Source: Eledone cirrhosa (Eukaryota). From it: a DNA stretch of 64,000 nt. Shown piece after piece: positions 15,801 through 33,700 of this stretch; the first letter of the stretch is position 1, and every line of letters begins with the position of its first letter. The notes under the pieces were generated by a model. That model was not told the DNA's origin and made no database searches. It saw only the letters and a list, made by a program, of their open reading frames with translations. The DNA lies in contig OZ024743.1 in assembly GCA_964016885.1 (NCBI GenBank), forward strand, positions 374,728,001 to 374,792,000, read 5' to 3'. A program made the translations under genes and the position numbers.

Positions 15801-18800
15801 ACATCACAACTCTGTCTACAACAATAGACACTGCTACGTCATAGTCAATATACATCGCATCTCTGTCTGTGTGTCTACAACAATAGACACTGCTACGTCA
15901 TAGTCAATATACATCACATCTCTGTCCACAACAATAGACACTGCTGCGTCATAGTCAATATACATCACATCTCTGTCCACAACAATAGACACTGCTACGT
16001 CATAGTCAATATACATCACATCTCTGTCCACAACAATAGACACTGCTACGTCATAGTCAATATACATCACATCTCTGTCCACAACAATAGACACTGCTAC
16101 GTCATAGTCAATTTGCATCACATCTCTGTCCACAACAATAGATACTGCTACGTCATAGTCAACATACATCACATCTCTGTCTACAACAATAGACACTGCT
16201 ACGTCATATTCAATATACATCACATCTCTGTCTACAACAATAGACACTTCTACGTCATAGTCAATTTACATCACATCTCTGTCTACAACAATAGGCACTG
16301 CTACGTCATAGTCAGTATACATCACATCTCTGTCTACAACAATAGACACTGCTACGTCATAGTCAATTTACATCACATCTCTGTCCACAACAATAGACAC
16401 TGCTACGTCATATTCAATATACATCACATCTCTGTCTACAACAATAGACACTGCTACGTCATAGTCAATTTACATCACATCTCTGTCCACAACAATAGAC
16501 ACTGCTACGTATAGTCAATATACATCACATCTCTGTCCACAACAATAGACACTGCTACGTATAGTCAATATACATCACTTCTCTGTCTACAGCAATAGAC
16601 ACTGCAACGTCATCGTCAATATACATCACATCTCTGTCTACAACAATAGACACTGCTACGTCATAGTCAATATACATCATATCTCTGTCCACAACAATAG
16701 ACACTGCTACGTCATAGTCAATTTACATCACATCTCTGTCCACAACAATAGACACTGCTACGTCATAGTCAATATACATCACATCTCTGTCTACAACAAA
16801 AGACACTGCTACCTCATAGTCAATATACATCACATCTCTGTCTACAATAGACACTGCTACGTCATAGTCAATATACATCATATCTCTGTCCACAAAAATA
16901 GACACTGCTACGTCATAGTCAATTTACATCACATCTCTGTCCACAACAATAGACACTGCTACGTCATAGTCAATATACATCACATCTATGTCCACAACAA
17001 TAGACACTGCTACGTCATAGTCAATATACATCACATCTCTATCTACAACAATAGACACTGCTACGTCATAGTCAATATACATCACATCTCTGTCTACAAT
17101 AGACACTGCTACGTCATATTCAATATACATCACATCTTTGTCTACATCAATAGACACTGCTACGTCCTAGTCAATATACATCACATCTCTGTCTGTGTGT
17201 CTACAACAATAGACACGGCTACGTCATAGTCAATATACATCACATCTCTATCCACAACAATAGACACTGCTGCGTCATAGTCAATATACATCACATCTCT
17301 GTCCACAACAATAGACACTGATACGTCATAGTCAAATTTCATCACATCTCTCTCCACAACAATAGACACTGCTACGTCATAGTCAATATACATCACATCT
17401 CTGTCCCCAACAATAGACACTGCTACGTCATAGTGAATATACATCACATCTCTGTCTACACCAATAGACACTGCTACGTCATAGTCAATATACATCACAT
17501 CTATGTCCACAACAATAGACACTGCTACGTCACAGTCAATATACATCACATCTCTGTCTACAACAATAGACACTGCTACGTCATAGTCAATTTACATCAC
17601 ATCTCTGTCCACAACAATAGACACTTCTACGTCATATTCAATATACATCACATCTCTTCCTACAACAATAGACACTGCTACGTCATAGTCAATTTACATC
17701 ACATCTCTGTCTACAACAATAGACACTGCTACGTCATAGTCAATATACATCACATCTCTGTCCACAACAATAGACACTGCTACGTCATAGTCAATATACA
17801 TCACATCTATGTCCACAACAATAGACACTGCTACGTCACAGTCAATATACATCACATCTCTGTCTACAACAATAGACACTGCTACGTCATAGTCAATTTA
17901 CATCACATCTCTGTCCACAACAATAGACACTTCTACGTCATATTCAATATACATCACATCTCTGTCTACAACAATAGACACTGCTACGTCATAGTCAATT
18001 TACATCACATCTCTGTCCACAACAATAGACACTGCTACGTCATAGTCAATATACATCACATCTATGTCCACAACAATAGACACTGCTACGTCATAGTCAA
18101 TATACATCACATCTCTATCTACAACAATAGACACTGCTACGTCATAGTCAATATACATCACATCTCTGTCTACAATAGACACTGCTACGTCATATTCAAT
18201 ATACATCACATCTTTGTCTACATCAATAGACACTGCTACGTCCTAGTCAATATACATCACATCTCTGTCTGTGTGTCTACAACAATAGACACGGCTACGT
18301 CATAGTCAATATACATCACATCTCTATCCACAACAATAGACACTGCTGCGTCATAGTCAATATACATCACATCTCTGTCCACAACAATAGACACTGATAC
18401 GTCATAGTCAAATTTCATCACATCTCTCTCCACAACAATAGACACTGCTACGTCATAGTCAATATACATCACATCTCTGTCCCCAACAATAGACACTGCT
18501 ACGTCATAGTGAATATACATCACATCTCTGTCTACACCAATAGACACTGCTACGTCATAGTCAATATACATCACATCTATGTCCACAACAATAGACACTG
18601 CTACGTCACAGTCAATATACATCACATCTCTGTCTACAACAATAGACACTGCTACGTCATAGTCAATTTACATCACATCTCTGTCCACAACAATAGACAC
18701 TTCTACGTCATATTCAATATACATCACATCTCTTCCTACAACAATAGACACTGCTACGTCATAGTCAATTTACATCACATCTCTGTCTACAACAATAGAC

Positions 18801-21800
18801 ACTGCTACGTCATAGTCAATATACATCACATCTCTGTCCACAACAATACACACTGCTACGTCATAGTCAATATACATCACATCTATGTCCACAACAATAG
18901 ACACTGCTACGTCACAGTCAATATACATCACATCTCTGTCTACAACAATAGACACTGCTACGTCATAGTCAATTTACATCACATCTCTGTCCACAACAAT
19001 AGACACTTCTACGTCATATTCAATATACATCACATCTCTGTCTACAACAATAGACACTGCTACGTCATAGTCAATTTACATCACATCTCTGTCTACAACA
19101 ATAGACACTGCTACGTCATAGTCAGTATACATCACATCTCTGTCTACAACAATAGACACTGCTACGTCATAGTCAATTTACATCACATCTCTGTCCACAA
19201 CAATAGACACTGCTACGTCATATTCAATATACATCACATCTCTGTCTACAACAATAGACACTGCTACGTCATAGTCAATTTACATCACATCTCTGTCCAC
19301 AACAATAGACACTGCTACGTATAGTCAATATACATCACATCTATGTCTACAGCAATAGACACTGCAACGTCATCGTCAATATACATCACATCTCTGTCTA
19401 CAACAATAGACACTGCTACGTCATAGTCAATATACATCATATCTCTGTCCACAACAATAGACACTGCTACGTCATAGTCAATTTACATCACATCTCTGTC
19501 CACAACAATAGACACTGCTACGTCATAGTCAATATATATCACATCTCTTTCTACAACAATAGACACTGCTACGTCATAGTCAATATACATCACATCTCTG
19601 TCTACAACAATAGACACTGCTACGTCATAGTCAATATACATCACACCTCTGTCTACAACAATAGACACTGCTACGTCATAGTCAATATACATCACATCTC
19701 TGTCTACAACAATAGACACTGCTACGTCATAGTCAATATACATCACATCTCTGTCTACAACAATAGACACTGCTACATCATAGTGAATATACATCACATC
19801 TCTGTCTACACCAATAGACACTGCTACGTCATAGTCAATATACATCACATCTCTGTCCATAACAAAAGACACTGCAACGTCATCGTCAATATACATCACA
19901 TCTCTGTCTACAACAATAGACACTGCTATGTCATAGTCAATATACATCACATCTCTGTCCACAACAATAGACACTGCTACGTCATAGTCAATTTACATCA
20001 CATCTCTGTCCACAACAATAGACACTGCTACGTCATATTCAATATACATCACATCTCTGTCTACAACAATAGACACTGCTATCTCATAGTCAACATACAT
20101 CACATCTCTGTCAACAACAATAGACACTGCTACGTCATAGTCAATATACATCACATCTCTGTCTACAACAATAGACACTGCTACGTCATAGTCAATATAC
20201 ATCACATCTCTGTCTACAATAGACACTGCTACGTCATAGTCAATATACATCACATCTCTGTCTACAACAATAGACACTGCTACGTCATAGTCAATTTACA
20301 TCACATCTCTGTCTACAACAATAGACACTGCTACGTCATAGTCAGTATACATAACATCTCTGTCTACAACAATAGACACTGCTACGTCATAGTCAATATA
20401 CATCAGATCTCTGTCTACAACAATAGACACTGCTACGTCATAGTCAATATACATCACATCTCTGTCTACAACAATAGACACTGCTACGTCATAGTCAATT
20501 TACATCACATCTTTCTCTACAACAATAGACACTGCTACGTCATAGTCAATATACATTACATCTCTGTCTACAATAGACACTGCTACGTCATAGTCAAGAT
20601 ACATCATATCTCTGTCCACAACAATAGACACTGCTACGTCATAGTCAATTTAAATCACATCTCTGTCCACAACAATAGACACTGCTACGTCATAGTAAAT
20701 ATACATCACATCTCTGTCTACAACAAAAGACACTGCTACATCATAGTCAATATACATCACATCTCTGTCTACAATAGACACTGCTACGTCATAGTCAATA
20801 TACATCATATCTCTGTCCACAACAATAGACACTGCTACGTCATAGTCAATATACATCACATCTCTATCTACAACAATAGACACTGCTACGTCATAGTCAA
20901 TATACATCACATCTCTGTCTACAATAGACACTGCTACGTCATATTCAATATACATCACATCTTTGTCTACAGCAATAGACACTGCTACATCCTAGTCAAT
21001 ATACATCACATCTCTGTCTGTGTGTCTACAACAATAGACACGGCTACGTCATAGTCAATATACATCACATCTCTATCCACAACAATAGACACTGCTGCGT
21101 CATAGTCAATATACATCACATCTCTGTCCACAACAATAGACACTGCTACGTCATAGTCAAATTTCATCACATCTCTCTCCACAACAATAGACACTGCTAC
21201 GTCATAGTCAATATACATCACATCTCTGTCCACAACAATAGACACTGCTACGTCATAGTCAATATACATCACATCTCTGCCACAACAATAGACACTGTTA
21301 CGTCATAGTCAATTTGCATCACATCTCTGTCTACAACAGACACTGCTACGTCATAGTCAATTTACATCACATTTCTGTCCACAACAATAGACACTGCTAC
21401 GTCATAGTCAATATACATCACATCTCTGTCCACAACAATAGACACTGCTACGTCATAGTCAATTTACATCACATCTCTGTCCACAACAATAGACACTGCT
21501 ACGTCATATTCAATATACATCACAACTCTGTCTACAACAATAGACACTGCTACGTCATAGTCAATATACATCGCATCTCTGTCTGTGTGTCTACAACAAT
21601 AGACACTGCTACGTCATAGTCAATATACATCACATCTCTGTCCACAACAATAGACACTGCTGCGTCATAGTCAATATACATCACATCTCTGTCCACAACA
21701 ATAGACACTGCTACGTCAGAGTCAATATACATCACATCTCTGTCCACAACAATAGACACTGCTACGTCATAGTCAATATACATCACATCTCTGTCCACAA

Positions 21801-24800
21801 AAATAGACACTGCTACGTCATAGTCAATATACATCACATCTCTGTCCACAACAATAGACACTGCTACGTCATAGTCAATTTGCATCACATCTCTGTCCAC
21901 AACAATAGATACTGCTACGTCATAGTCAACATACATCACATCTCTGTCTACAACAATAGACACTGCTACGTCATAGTCAATATACATCATATCTCTGTCC
22001 ACAACAATAGACACTGCTACGTCATAGTCAATTTACATCACATCTCTGTCCACAACAATAGACACTGCTACGTCATAGTCAATATAAATCACATCTCTGT
22101 CTACAACTATAGACACTGCTACGTCATAGTCAATATACATCACATCTCTGTCCACAACAATAGACACTGCTACGTCATAGTCAATATACATCACATCTCT
22201 GACTACAACAATAGACACTGCTACGTCATAGTCAATATACATCACATCTCTGTCCACAACAATAGACACTGCTACGTCATAGTCAATTTACATCACATCT
22301 CTGTCCACAACAATAGACACTGCTACGTCATAGTCAATATACATCACATCTCTGTCTACAACAATAGACACTGCTACGTCATAGTCAATATACATCACAT
22401 CTCTGTCTACAACAATAGACACTGCTACGTCATAGTCAGTATACATCACATCTCTGTCTACAACAATAGACACTGCTACGTCATAGTCAATTTACATCAC
22501 ATCTCTGTCCACAACAATAGACACTGCTACGTCATAGTGAATATACATCACATCTCTGTCTACAACAATAGACACTGCTACGTATAGTCAATATACATCA
22601 CATCTCTGTCTACAACAATAGACACTGCTACGTCATAGTCAATATACATCACATCTCTGTCCACAACAATAGACACTGCTACGTCATAGTCAATATACAT
22701 CACATCTCTGTCCACAACAATAGACACTGCTACAACATAGTGAATATACATCACATCTCTGTCTACACCAATAGACACTGCTACGTCATAGTCAATATAC
22801 ATCACATCTCTGTCCATAACAATAGACACTGCAACGTCATCGTCAATATACATCACATCTCTGTCTACAACAATAGACACTGCTACGTCATAGTCAATAT
22901 ACATCACATCTCTGTCTACAATAGACACTGCTACGTCATATTCAATATACATCATATCTCTGTCCACAACAATAGACACTGCTACGTCATAGTCAATTTA
23001 CATCACATCTCTGTCCACAACAATAGACACTGCTACGTCATAGTCAATATACATCACATCTATGTCCACAACAATAGACACTGCTACGTCATAGTCAATA
23101 TACATCACATCTCTATCTACAACAATAGACACTGCTACGTCATAGTCAATATACATCACATCTCTGTCTACAATAGACACTGCTACGTCATATTCAATAT
23201 ACATCACATCTTTATCTACAACAATAGACACTGCTACGTCATAGTCAATATACATCACATCTCTGTCTGTGTGTCTACAACAATAGACACTGCTACGTCA
23301 TAGTCAATATACATCACATCTCTGTCCACAACAATAGACACTGCTACGTCATAGTCAAATTTCATCACATCTCTCTCCAGAACAATAGACACTGCTACGT
23401 CATAGTCAATATACATCACATCTCTGTCCACAACAATAGACAATGCTACGTCATATTCAATATACATCACATCTCTGTCTACAACAATAGACACTGCTAC
23501 GTCATAGTCAATATACATCACATCTCTGTCCACAACAATAGACACTGCTACGTCATAGTCAATTTGCAACACATCTCTGTCTACAACAGACACTGCTACG
23601 TCATAGTCAATATACATCACATCTCTGTCTACAACAATAGACACTGCTACGTCATAGTCAATTTACATCACATCTCTGTCCACAACAATAGACACTGCTA
23701 CGTCATAGTCAATATATATCACATCTTTGTCTACAACAATAGACACTGCTACGTCATAGTCAATATACATCACATCTCTGTCCATAACAATAGACACTGC
23801 TACGTCATAGTCAATTTACATCACATCTCTGTCCACAACAATAGACACTGCTACGTCATATTCAATATACATCACAACTCTGTCTACAACAATAGACACT
23901 GCTACGTCATAGTCAATATACATCGCATCTCTGTCTGTGTGTCTACAACAATAGACACTGCTACGTCATAGTCAATATACATCACATCTTTGTCTACAGC
24001 AATAGACACTGCTACATCCTAGTCAATATACATCACATCTCTGTCTGTGTGTCTACAACAATAGACACGGCTACGTCATAGTCAATATACATCACATCTC
24101 TATCCACAACAATAGACACTGCTGCGTCATAGTCAATATACATCACATCTCTGTCCACAACAATAGACACTGCTACGTCATAGTCAAATTTCATCACATC
24201 TCTCTCCACAACAATAGACACTGCTACGTCATAGTCAATATACATCACATCTCTGTCCACAACAATAGACACTGTTACGTCATAGTCAATTTGCATCACA
24301 TCTCTGTCTACAACAGACACTGCTACGTCATAGTCAATTTACATCACATTTCTGTCCACAACAATAGACACTGCTACGTCATAGTCAATATACATCACAT
24401 CTTTGTCTACAACAATAGACACTGCTACGTCATAGTCAATATACATCACATCTCTGTCCACAACAATAGACACTGCTACGTCATAGTCAATTTACATCAC
24501 ATCTCTGTCCACAACAATAGACACTGCTACGTCATATTCAATATACATCACAACTCTGTCTACAACAATAGACACTGCTACGTCATAGTCAATATACATC
24601 GCATCTCTGTCTGTGTGTCTACAACAATAGACACTGCTACGTCATAGTCAATATACATCACATCTCTGTCCACAACAATAGACACTGCTGCGTCATAGTC
24701 AATATACATCACATCTCTGTCCACAACAATAGACACTGCTACGTCATAGTCAATATACATCACATCTCTGTCCACAACAATAGACACTGCTACGTCATAG

Positions 24801-27800
24801 TCAATATACATCACATCTCTGTCCACAACAATAGACACTGCTACGTCATAGTCAATTTGCATCACATCTCTGTCCACAACAATAGATACTGCTACGTCAT
24901 AGTCAACATACATCACATCTCTGTCTACAACAATAGACACTGCTACGTCATAGTCAATATACATCATATCTCTGTCCACAACAATAGACACTGCTACGTC
25001 ATAGTCAATTTACATCACATCTCTGTCCACAACAATAGACACTGCTACGTCATAGTCAATATAAATCACATCTCTGTCAACAACTATAGACACTGCTACG
25101 TCATAGTCAATATACATCACATCTCTGTCCACAACAATAGACACTGCTACGTCATAGTCAATATACATCACATCTCTGACTACAACAATAGACACTGCTA
25201 CGTCATAGTCAATATACATCACATCTCTGTCCACAACAATAGACACTGCTACGTCATAGTCAATTTACATCACATCTCTGTCCACAACAATAGACACTGC
25301 TACGTCATAGTCAATATACATCACATCTCTGTCTACAACAATAGACACTGCTACGTCATAGTCAATATACATCACATCTCTGTCTACAACAATAGACACT
25401 GCTACGTCATAGTCAATATACATCACATCTCTGTCCACAACAATAGACACTGCTACGTCATAGTCAATTTGCAACACATCTCTGTCTACAACAGACACTG
25501 CTACGTCATAGTCAATATACATCACATCTCTGTCTACAACAATAGACACTGCTACGTCATAGTCAATTTACATCACATCTCTGTCCACAACAATAGACAC
25601 TGCTACGTCATAGTCAATATATATCACATCTTTGTCTACAACAATAGACACTGCTACGTCATAGTCAATATACATCACATCTCTGTCCATAACAATAGAC
25701 ACTGCTACGTCATAGTCAATTTACATCACATCTCTGTCCACAACAATAGACACTGCTACGTCATATTCAATATACATCACAACTCTGTCTACAACAATAG
25801 ACACTGCTACGTCATAGTCAATATACATCGCATCTCTGTCTGTGTGTCTACAACAATAGACACTGCTACGTCATAGTCAATATACATCACATCTTTGTCT
25901 ACAGCAATAGACACTGCTACATCCTAGTCAATATACATCACATCTCTGTCTGTGTGTCTACAACAATAGACACGGCTACGTCATAGTCAATATACATCAC
26001 ATCTCTATCCACAACAATAGACACTGCTGCGTCATAGTCAATATACATCACATCTCTGTCCACAACAATAGACACTGCTACGTCATAGTCAAATTTCATC
26101 ACATCTCTCTCCACAACAATAGACACTGCTACGTCATAGTCAATATACATCACATCTCTGTCCACAACAATAGACACTGTTACGTCATAGTCAATTTGCA
26201 TCACATCTCTGTCTACAACAGACACTGCTACGTCATAGTCAATTTACATCACATTTCTGTCCACAACAATAGACACTGCTACGTCATAGTCAATATACAT
26301 CACATCTTTGTCTACAACAATAGACACTGCTACGTCATAGTCAATATACATCACATCTCTGTCCACAACAATAGACACTGCTACGTCATAGTCAATTTAC
26401 ATCACATCTCTGTCCACAACAATAGACACTGCTACGTCATATTCAATATACATCACAACTCTGTCTACAACAATAGACACTGCTACGTCATAGTCAATAT
26501 ACATCGCATCTCTGTCTGTGTGTCTACAACAATAGACACTGCTACGTCATAGTCAATATACATCACATCTCTGTCCACAACAATAGACACTGCTGCGTCA
26601 TAGTCAATATACATCACATCTCTGTCCACAACAATAGACACTGCTACGTCATAGTCAATATACATCACATCTCTGTCCACAACAATAGACACTGCTACGT
26701 CATAGTCAATATACATCACATCTCTGTCCACAACAATAGACACTGCTACGTCATAGTCAATTTGCATCACATCTCTGTCCACAACAATAGATACTGCTAC
26801 GTCATAGTCAACATACATCACATCTCTGTCTACAACAATAGACACTGCTACGTCATAGTCAATATACATCATATCTCTGTCCACAACAATAGACACTGCT
26901 ACGTCATAGTCAATTTACATCACATCTCTGTCCACAACAATAGACACTGCTACGTCATAGTCAATATAAATCACATCTCTGTCAACAACTATAGACACTG
27001 CTACGTCATAGTCAATATACATCACATCTCTGTCCACAACAATAGACACTGCTACGTCATAGTCAATATACATCACATCTCTGACTACAACAATAGACAC
27101 TGCTACGTCATAGTCAATATACATCACATCTCTGTCCACAACAATAGACACTGCTACGTCATAGTCAATTTACATCACATCTCTGTCCACAACAATAGAC
27201 ACTGCTACGTCATAGTCAATATACATCACATCTCTGTCTACAACAATAGACACTGCTACGTCATAGTCAATATACATCACATCTCTGTCTACAACAATAG
27301 ACACTGCTACGTCATAGTCAGTATACATCACATCTCTGTCTACAACAATAGACACTGCTACGTCATAGTCAATTTACATCACATCTCTGTCCACAACAAT
27401 AGACACTGCTACGTCATATTCAATATACATCACATCTCTGTCTACAACAATAGAAACTGCTACGTATAGTCAATATACATCACATCTCTGTCTACAACAA
27501 TAGACACTGCTACGTCATAGTCAATATACATCACATCTCTGTCCACAACAATAGACACTGCTACGTCATAGTCAATATACATCACATCTCTGTCCACAAC
27601 AATAGACACTGCTACAACATAGTGAATATACATCACATCTCTGTCTACACCAATAGACACTGCTACGTCATAGTCAATATACATCACATCTCTGTCCATA
27701 ACAATAGACACTGCAACGTCATCGTCAATATACATCACATCTCTGTCTACAACAATAGACACTGCTACGTCATAGTCAATATACATCACATCTCTGTCTA

Positions 27801-30800
27801 CAATAGACACTGCTACGTCATATTCAATATACATCATATCTCTGTCCACAACAATAGACACTGCTACGTCATAGTCAATTTACATCACATCTCTGTCCAC
27901 AACAATAGACACTGCTACGTCATAGTCAATATACATCACATCTATGTCCACAACAATAGACACTGCTACGTCATAGTCAATATACATCACATCTCTATCT
28001 ACAACAATAGACACTGCTACGTCATAGTCAATATACATCACATCTCTGTCTACAATAGACACTGCTACGTCATATTCAATATACATCACATCTTTATCTA
28101 CAACAATAGACACTGCTACGTCATAGTCAATATACATCACATCTCTGTCTGTGTGTCTACAACAATAGACACTGCTACGTCATAGTCAATATACATCACA
28201 TCTCTGTCCACAACAATAGACACTGCTACGTCATAGTCAAATTTCATCACATCTCTCTCCAGAACAATAGACACTGCTACGTCATAGTCAATATACATCA
28301 CATCTCTGTCCACAACAATAGACAATGCTACGTCATAGTCAATATACATCACATCTCTGTCTACAACAATAGACACTGCTACGTCATAGTCAATATACAT
28401 CACATCTCTGTCCACAACAATAGACACTGCTACGTCATAGTCAATTTGCAACACATCTCTGTCTACAACAGACACTGCTACGTCATAGTCAATATACATC
28501 ACATCTCTGTCTACAACAATAGACACTGCTACGTCATAGTCAATTTACATCACATCTCTGTCCACAACAATAGACACTGCTACGTCATAGTCAATATATA
28601 TCACATCTTTGTCTACAACAATAGACACTGCTACGTCATAGTCAATATACATCACATCTCTGTCCATAACAATAGACACTGCTACGTCATAGTCAATTTA
28701 CATCACATCTCTGTCCACAACAATAGACACTGCTACGTCATATTCAATATACATCACAACTCTGTCTACAACAATAGACACTGCTACGTCATAGTCAATA
28801 TACATCGCATCTCTGTCTGTGTGTCTACAACAATAGACACTGCTACGTCATAGTCAATATACATCACATCTTTGTCTACAGCAATAGACACTGCTACATC
28901 CTAGTCAATATACATCACATCTCTGTCTGTGTGTCTACAACAATAGACACGGCTACGTCATAGTCAATATACATCACATCTCTATCCACAACAATAGACA
29001 CTGCTGCGTCATAGTCAATATACATCACATCTCTGTCCACAACAATAGACACTGCTACGTCATAGTCAAATTTCATCACATCTCTCTCCACAACAATAGA
29101 CACTGCTACGTCATAGTCAATATACATCACATCTCTGTCCACAACAATAGACACTGTTACGTCATAGTCAATTTGCATCACATCTCTGTCTACAACAGAC
29201 ACTGCTACGTCATAGTCAATTTACATCACATTTCTGTCCACAACAATAGACACTGCTACGTCATAGTCAATATACATCACATCTTTGTCTACAACAATAG
29301 ACACTGCTACGTCATAGTCAATATACATCACATCTCTGTCCACAACAATAGACACTGCTACGTCATATTCAATATACATCACAACTCTGTCTACAACAAT
29401 AGACACTGCTACGTCATAGTCAATATACATCGCATCTCTGTCTGTGTGTCTACAACAATAGACACTGCTACGTCATAGTCAATATACATCACATCTCTGT
29501 CCACAACAATAGACACTGCTGCGTCATAGTCAATATACATCACATCTCTGTCCACAACAATAGACACTGCTACGTCATAGTCAATATACATCACATCTCT
29601 GTCCACAACAATAGACACTGCTACGTCATAGTCAATATACATCACATCTCTGTCCACAACAATAGACACTGCTACGTCATAGTCAATTTGCATCACATCT
29701 CTGTCCACAACAATAGATACTGCTACGTCATAGTCAACATACATCACATCTCTGTCTACAACAATAGACACTGCTACGTCATAGTCAATATACATCATAT
29801 CTCTGTCCACAACAATAGACACTGCTACGTCATAGTCAATTTACATCACATCTCTGTCCACAACAATAGACACTGCTACGTCATAGTCAATATAAATCAC
29901 ATCTCTGTCAACAACTATAGACACTGCTACGTCATAGTCAATATACATCACATCTCTGTCCACAACAATAGACACTGCTACGTCATAGTCAATATACATC
30001 ACATCTCTGACTACAACAATAGACACTGCTACGTCATAGTCAATATACATCACATCTCTGTCCACAACAATAGACACTGCTACGTCATAGTCAATTTACA
30101 TCACATCTCTGTCCACAACAATAGACACTGCTACGTCATAGTCAATATACATCACATCTCTGTCTACAACAATAGACACTGCTACGTCATAGTCAATATA
30201 CATCACATCTCTGTCTACAACAATAGACACTGCTACGTCATAGTCAGTATACATCACATCTCTGTCTACAACAATAGACACTGCTACGTCATAGTCAATT
30301 TACATCACATCTCTGTCCACAACAATAGACACTGCTACGTCATATTCAATATACATCACATCTCTGTCTACAACAATAGAAACTGCTACGTATAGTCAAT
30401 ATACATCACATCTCTGTCTACAACAATAGACACTGCTACGTCATAGTCAATATACATCACATCTCTGTCCACAACAATAGACACTGCTACGTCATAGTCA
30501 ATATACATCACATCTCTGTCCACAACAATAGACACTGCTACAACATAGTGAATATACATCACATCTCTGTCTACACCAATAGACACTGCTACGTCATAGT
30601 CAATATACATCACATCTCTGTCCATAACAATAGACACTGCAACGTCATCGTCAATATACATCACATCTCTGTCTACAACAATAGACACTGCTACGTCATA
30701 GTCAATATACATCACATCTCTGTCTACAATAGACACTGCTACGTCATATTCAATATACATCATATCTCTGTCCACAACAATAGACACTGCTACGTCATAG

Positions 30801-33700
30801 TCAATTTACATCACATCTCTGTCCACAACAATAGACACTGCTACGTCATAGTCAATATACATCACATCTATGTCCACAACAATAGACACTGCTACGTCAT
30901 AGTCAATATACATCACATCTCTATCTACAACAATAGACACTGCTACGTCATAGTCAATATACATCACATCTCTGTCTACAATAGACACTGCTACGTCATA
31001 TTCAATATACATCACATCTTTATCTACAACAATAGACACTGCTACGTCATAGTCAATATACATCACATCTCTGTCTGTGTGTCTACAACAATAGACACTG
31101 CTACGTCATAGTCAATATACATCACATCTCTGTCCACAACAATAGACACTGCTACGTCATAGTCAAATTTCATCACATCTCTCTCCAGAACAATAGACAC
31201 TGCTACGTCATAGTCAATATACATCACATCTCTGTCCACAACAATAGACAATGCTACGTCATAGTCAATATACATCACATCTCTGTCTACAACAATAGAC
31301 ACTGCTACGTCATAGTCAATATACATCACATCTCTGTCCACAACAATAGACACTGCTACGTCATAGTCAATTTGCAACACATCTCTGTCTACAACAGACA
31401 CTGCTACGTCATAGTCAATATACATCACATCTCTGTCTACAACAATAGACACTGCTACGTCATAGTCAATTTACATCACATCTCTGTCCACAACAATAGA
31501 CACTGCTACGTCATAGTCAATATATATCACATCTTTGTCTACAACAATAGACACTGCTACGTCATAGTCAATATACATCACATCTCTGTCCATAACAATA
31601 GACACTGCTACGTCATAGTCAATTTACATCACATCTCTGTCCACAACAATAGACACTGCTACGTCATATTCAATATACATCACAACTCTGTCTACAACAA
31701 TAGACACTGCTACGTCATAGTCAATATACATCGCATCTCTGTCTGTGTGTCTACAACAATAGACACTGCTACGTCATAGTCAATATACATCACATCTTTG
31801 TCTACAGCAATAGACACTGCTACATCCTAGTCAATATACATCACATCTCTGTCTGTGTGTCTACAACAATAGACACGGCTACGTCATAGTCAATATACAT
31901 CACATCTCTATCCACAACAATAGACACTGCTGCGTCATAGTCAATATACATCACATCTCTGTCCACAACAATAGACACTGCTACGTCATAGTCAAATTTC
32001 ATCACATCTCTCTCCACAACAATAGACACTGCTACGTCATAGTCAATATACATCACATCTCTGTCCACAACAATAGACACTGTTACGTCATAGTCAATTT
32101 GCATCACATCTCTGTCTACAACAGACACTGCTACGTCATAGTCAATTTACATCACATTTCTGTCCACAACAATAGACACTGCTACGTCATAGTCAATATA
32201 CATCACATCTTTGTCTACAACAATAGACACTGCTACGTCATAGTCAATATACATCACATCTCTGTCCACAACAATAGACACTGCTACGTCATAGTCAATT
32301 TACATCACATCTCTGTCCACAACAATAGACACTGCTACGTCATATTCAATATACATCACAACTCTGTCTACAACAATAGACACTGCTACGTCATAGTCAA
32401 TATACATCGCATCTCTGTCTGTGTGTCTACAACAATAGACACTGCTACGTCATAGTCAATATACATCACATCTCTGTCCACAACAATAGACACTGCTGCG
32501 TCATAGTCAATATACATCACATCTCTGTCCACAACAATAGACACTGCTACGTCATAGTCAATATACATCACATCTCTGTCCACAACAATAGACACTGCTA
32601 CGTCATAGTCAATATACATCACATCTCTGTCCACAACAATAGACACTGCTACGTCATAGTCAATTTGCATCACATCTCTGTCCACAACAATAGATACTGC
32701 TACGTCATAGTCAACATACATCACATCTCTGTCTACAACAATAGACACTGCTACGTCATAGTCAATATACATCATATCTCTGTCCACAACAATAGACACT
32801 GCTACGTCATAGTCAATTTACATCACATCTCTGTCCACAACAATAGACACTGCTACGTCATAGTCAATATAAATCACATCTCTGTCAACAACTATAGACA
32901 CTGCTACGTCATAGTCAATATACATCACATCTCTGTCCACAACAATAGACACTGCTACGTCATAGTCAATATACATCACATCTCTGACTACAACAATAGA
33001 CACTGCTACGTCATAGTCAATATACATCACATCTCTGTCCACAACAATAGACACTGCTACGTCATAGTCAATTTACATCACATCTCTGTCCACAACAATA
33101 GACACTGCTACGTCATAGTCAATATACATCACATCTCTGTCTACAACAATAGACACTGCTACGTCATAGTCAATATACATCACATCTCTGTCTACAACAA
33201 TAGACACTGCTACGTCATAGTCAGTATACATCACATCTCTGTCTACAACAATAGACACTGCTACGTCATAGTCAATTTACATCACATCTCTGTCCACAAC
33301 AATAGACACTGCTACGTCATATTCAATATACATCACATCTCTGTCTACAACAATAGAAACTGCTACGTATAGTCAATATACATCACATCTCTGTCTACAA
33401 CAATAGACACTGCTACGTCATAGTCAATATACATCACATCTCTGTCCACAACAATAGACACTGCTACGTCATAGTCAATATACATCACATCTCTGTCCAC
33501 AACAATAGACACTGCTACGTCATAGTCAATATACATCACATCTCTGTCCATAACAATAGACACTGCAACGTCATCGTCAATATACATCACATCTCTGTCT
33601 ACAACAATAGACACTGCTACGTCATAGTCAATATACATCACATCTCTGTCTACAATAGACACTGCTACGTCATATTCAATATACATCATATCTCTGTCCA
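9900..33700. repeat. Higher-order repeat domain with a ~2.93-2.98 kb unit, overlaid by an 11,670-bp segmental duplication
   Basis: Variant patterns recur at 10210/13187 and 26762/29688/32665 (offsets 2977 and 2926). The block ~6330-13700 recurs at ~18000-25400 (offset 11670: 7813/19483, 8113/19783, 13340/25010). Confidence 0.88.
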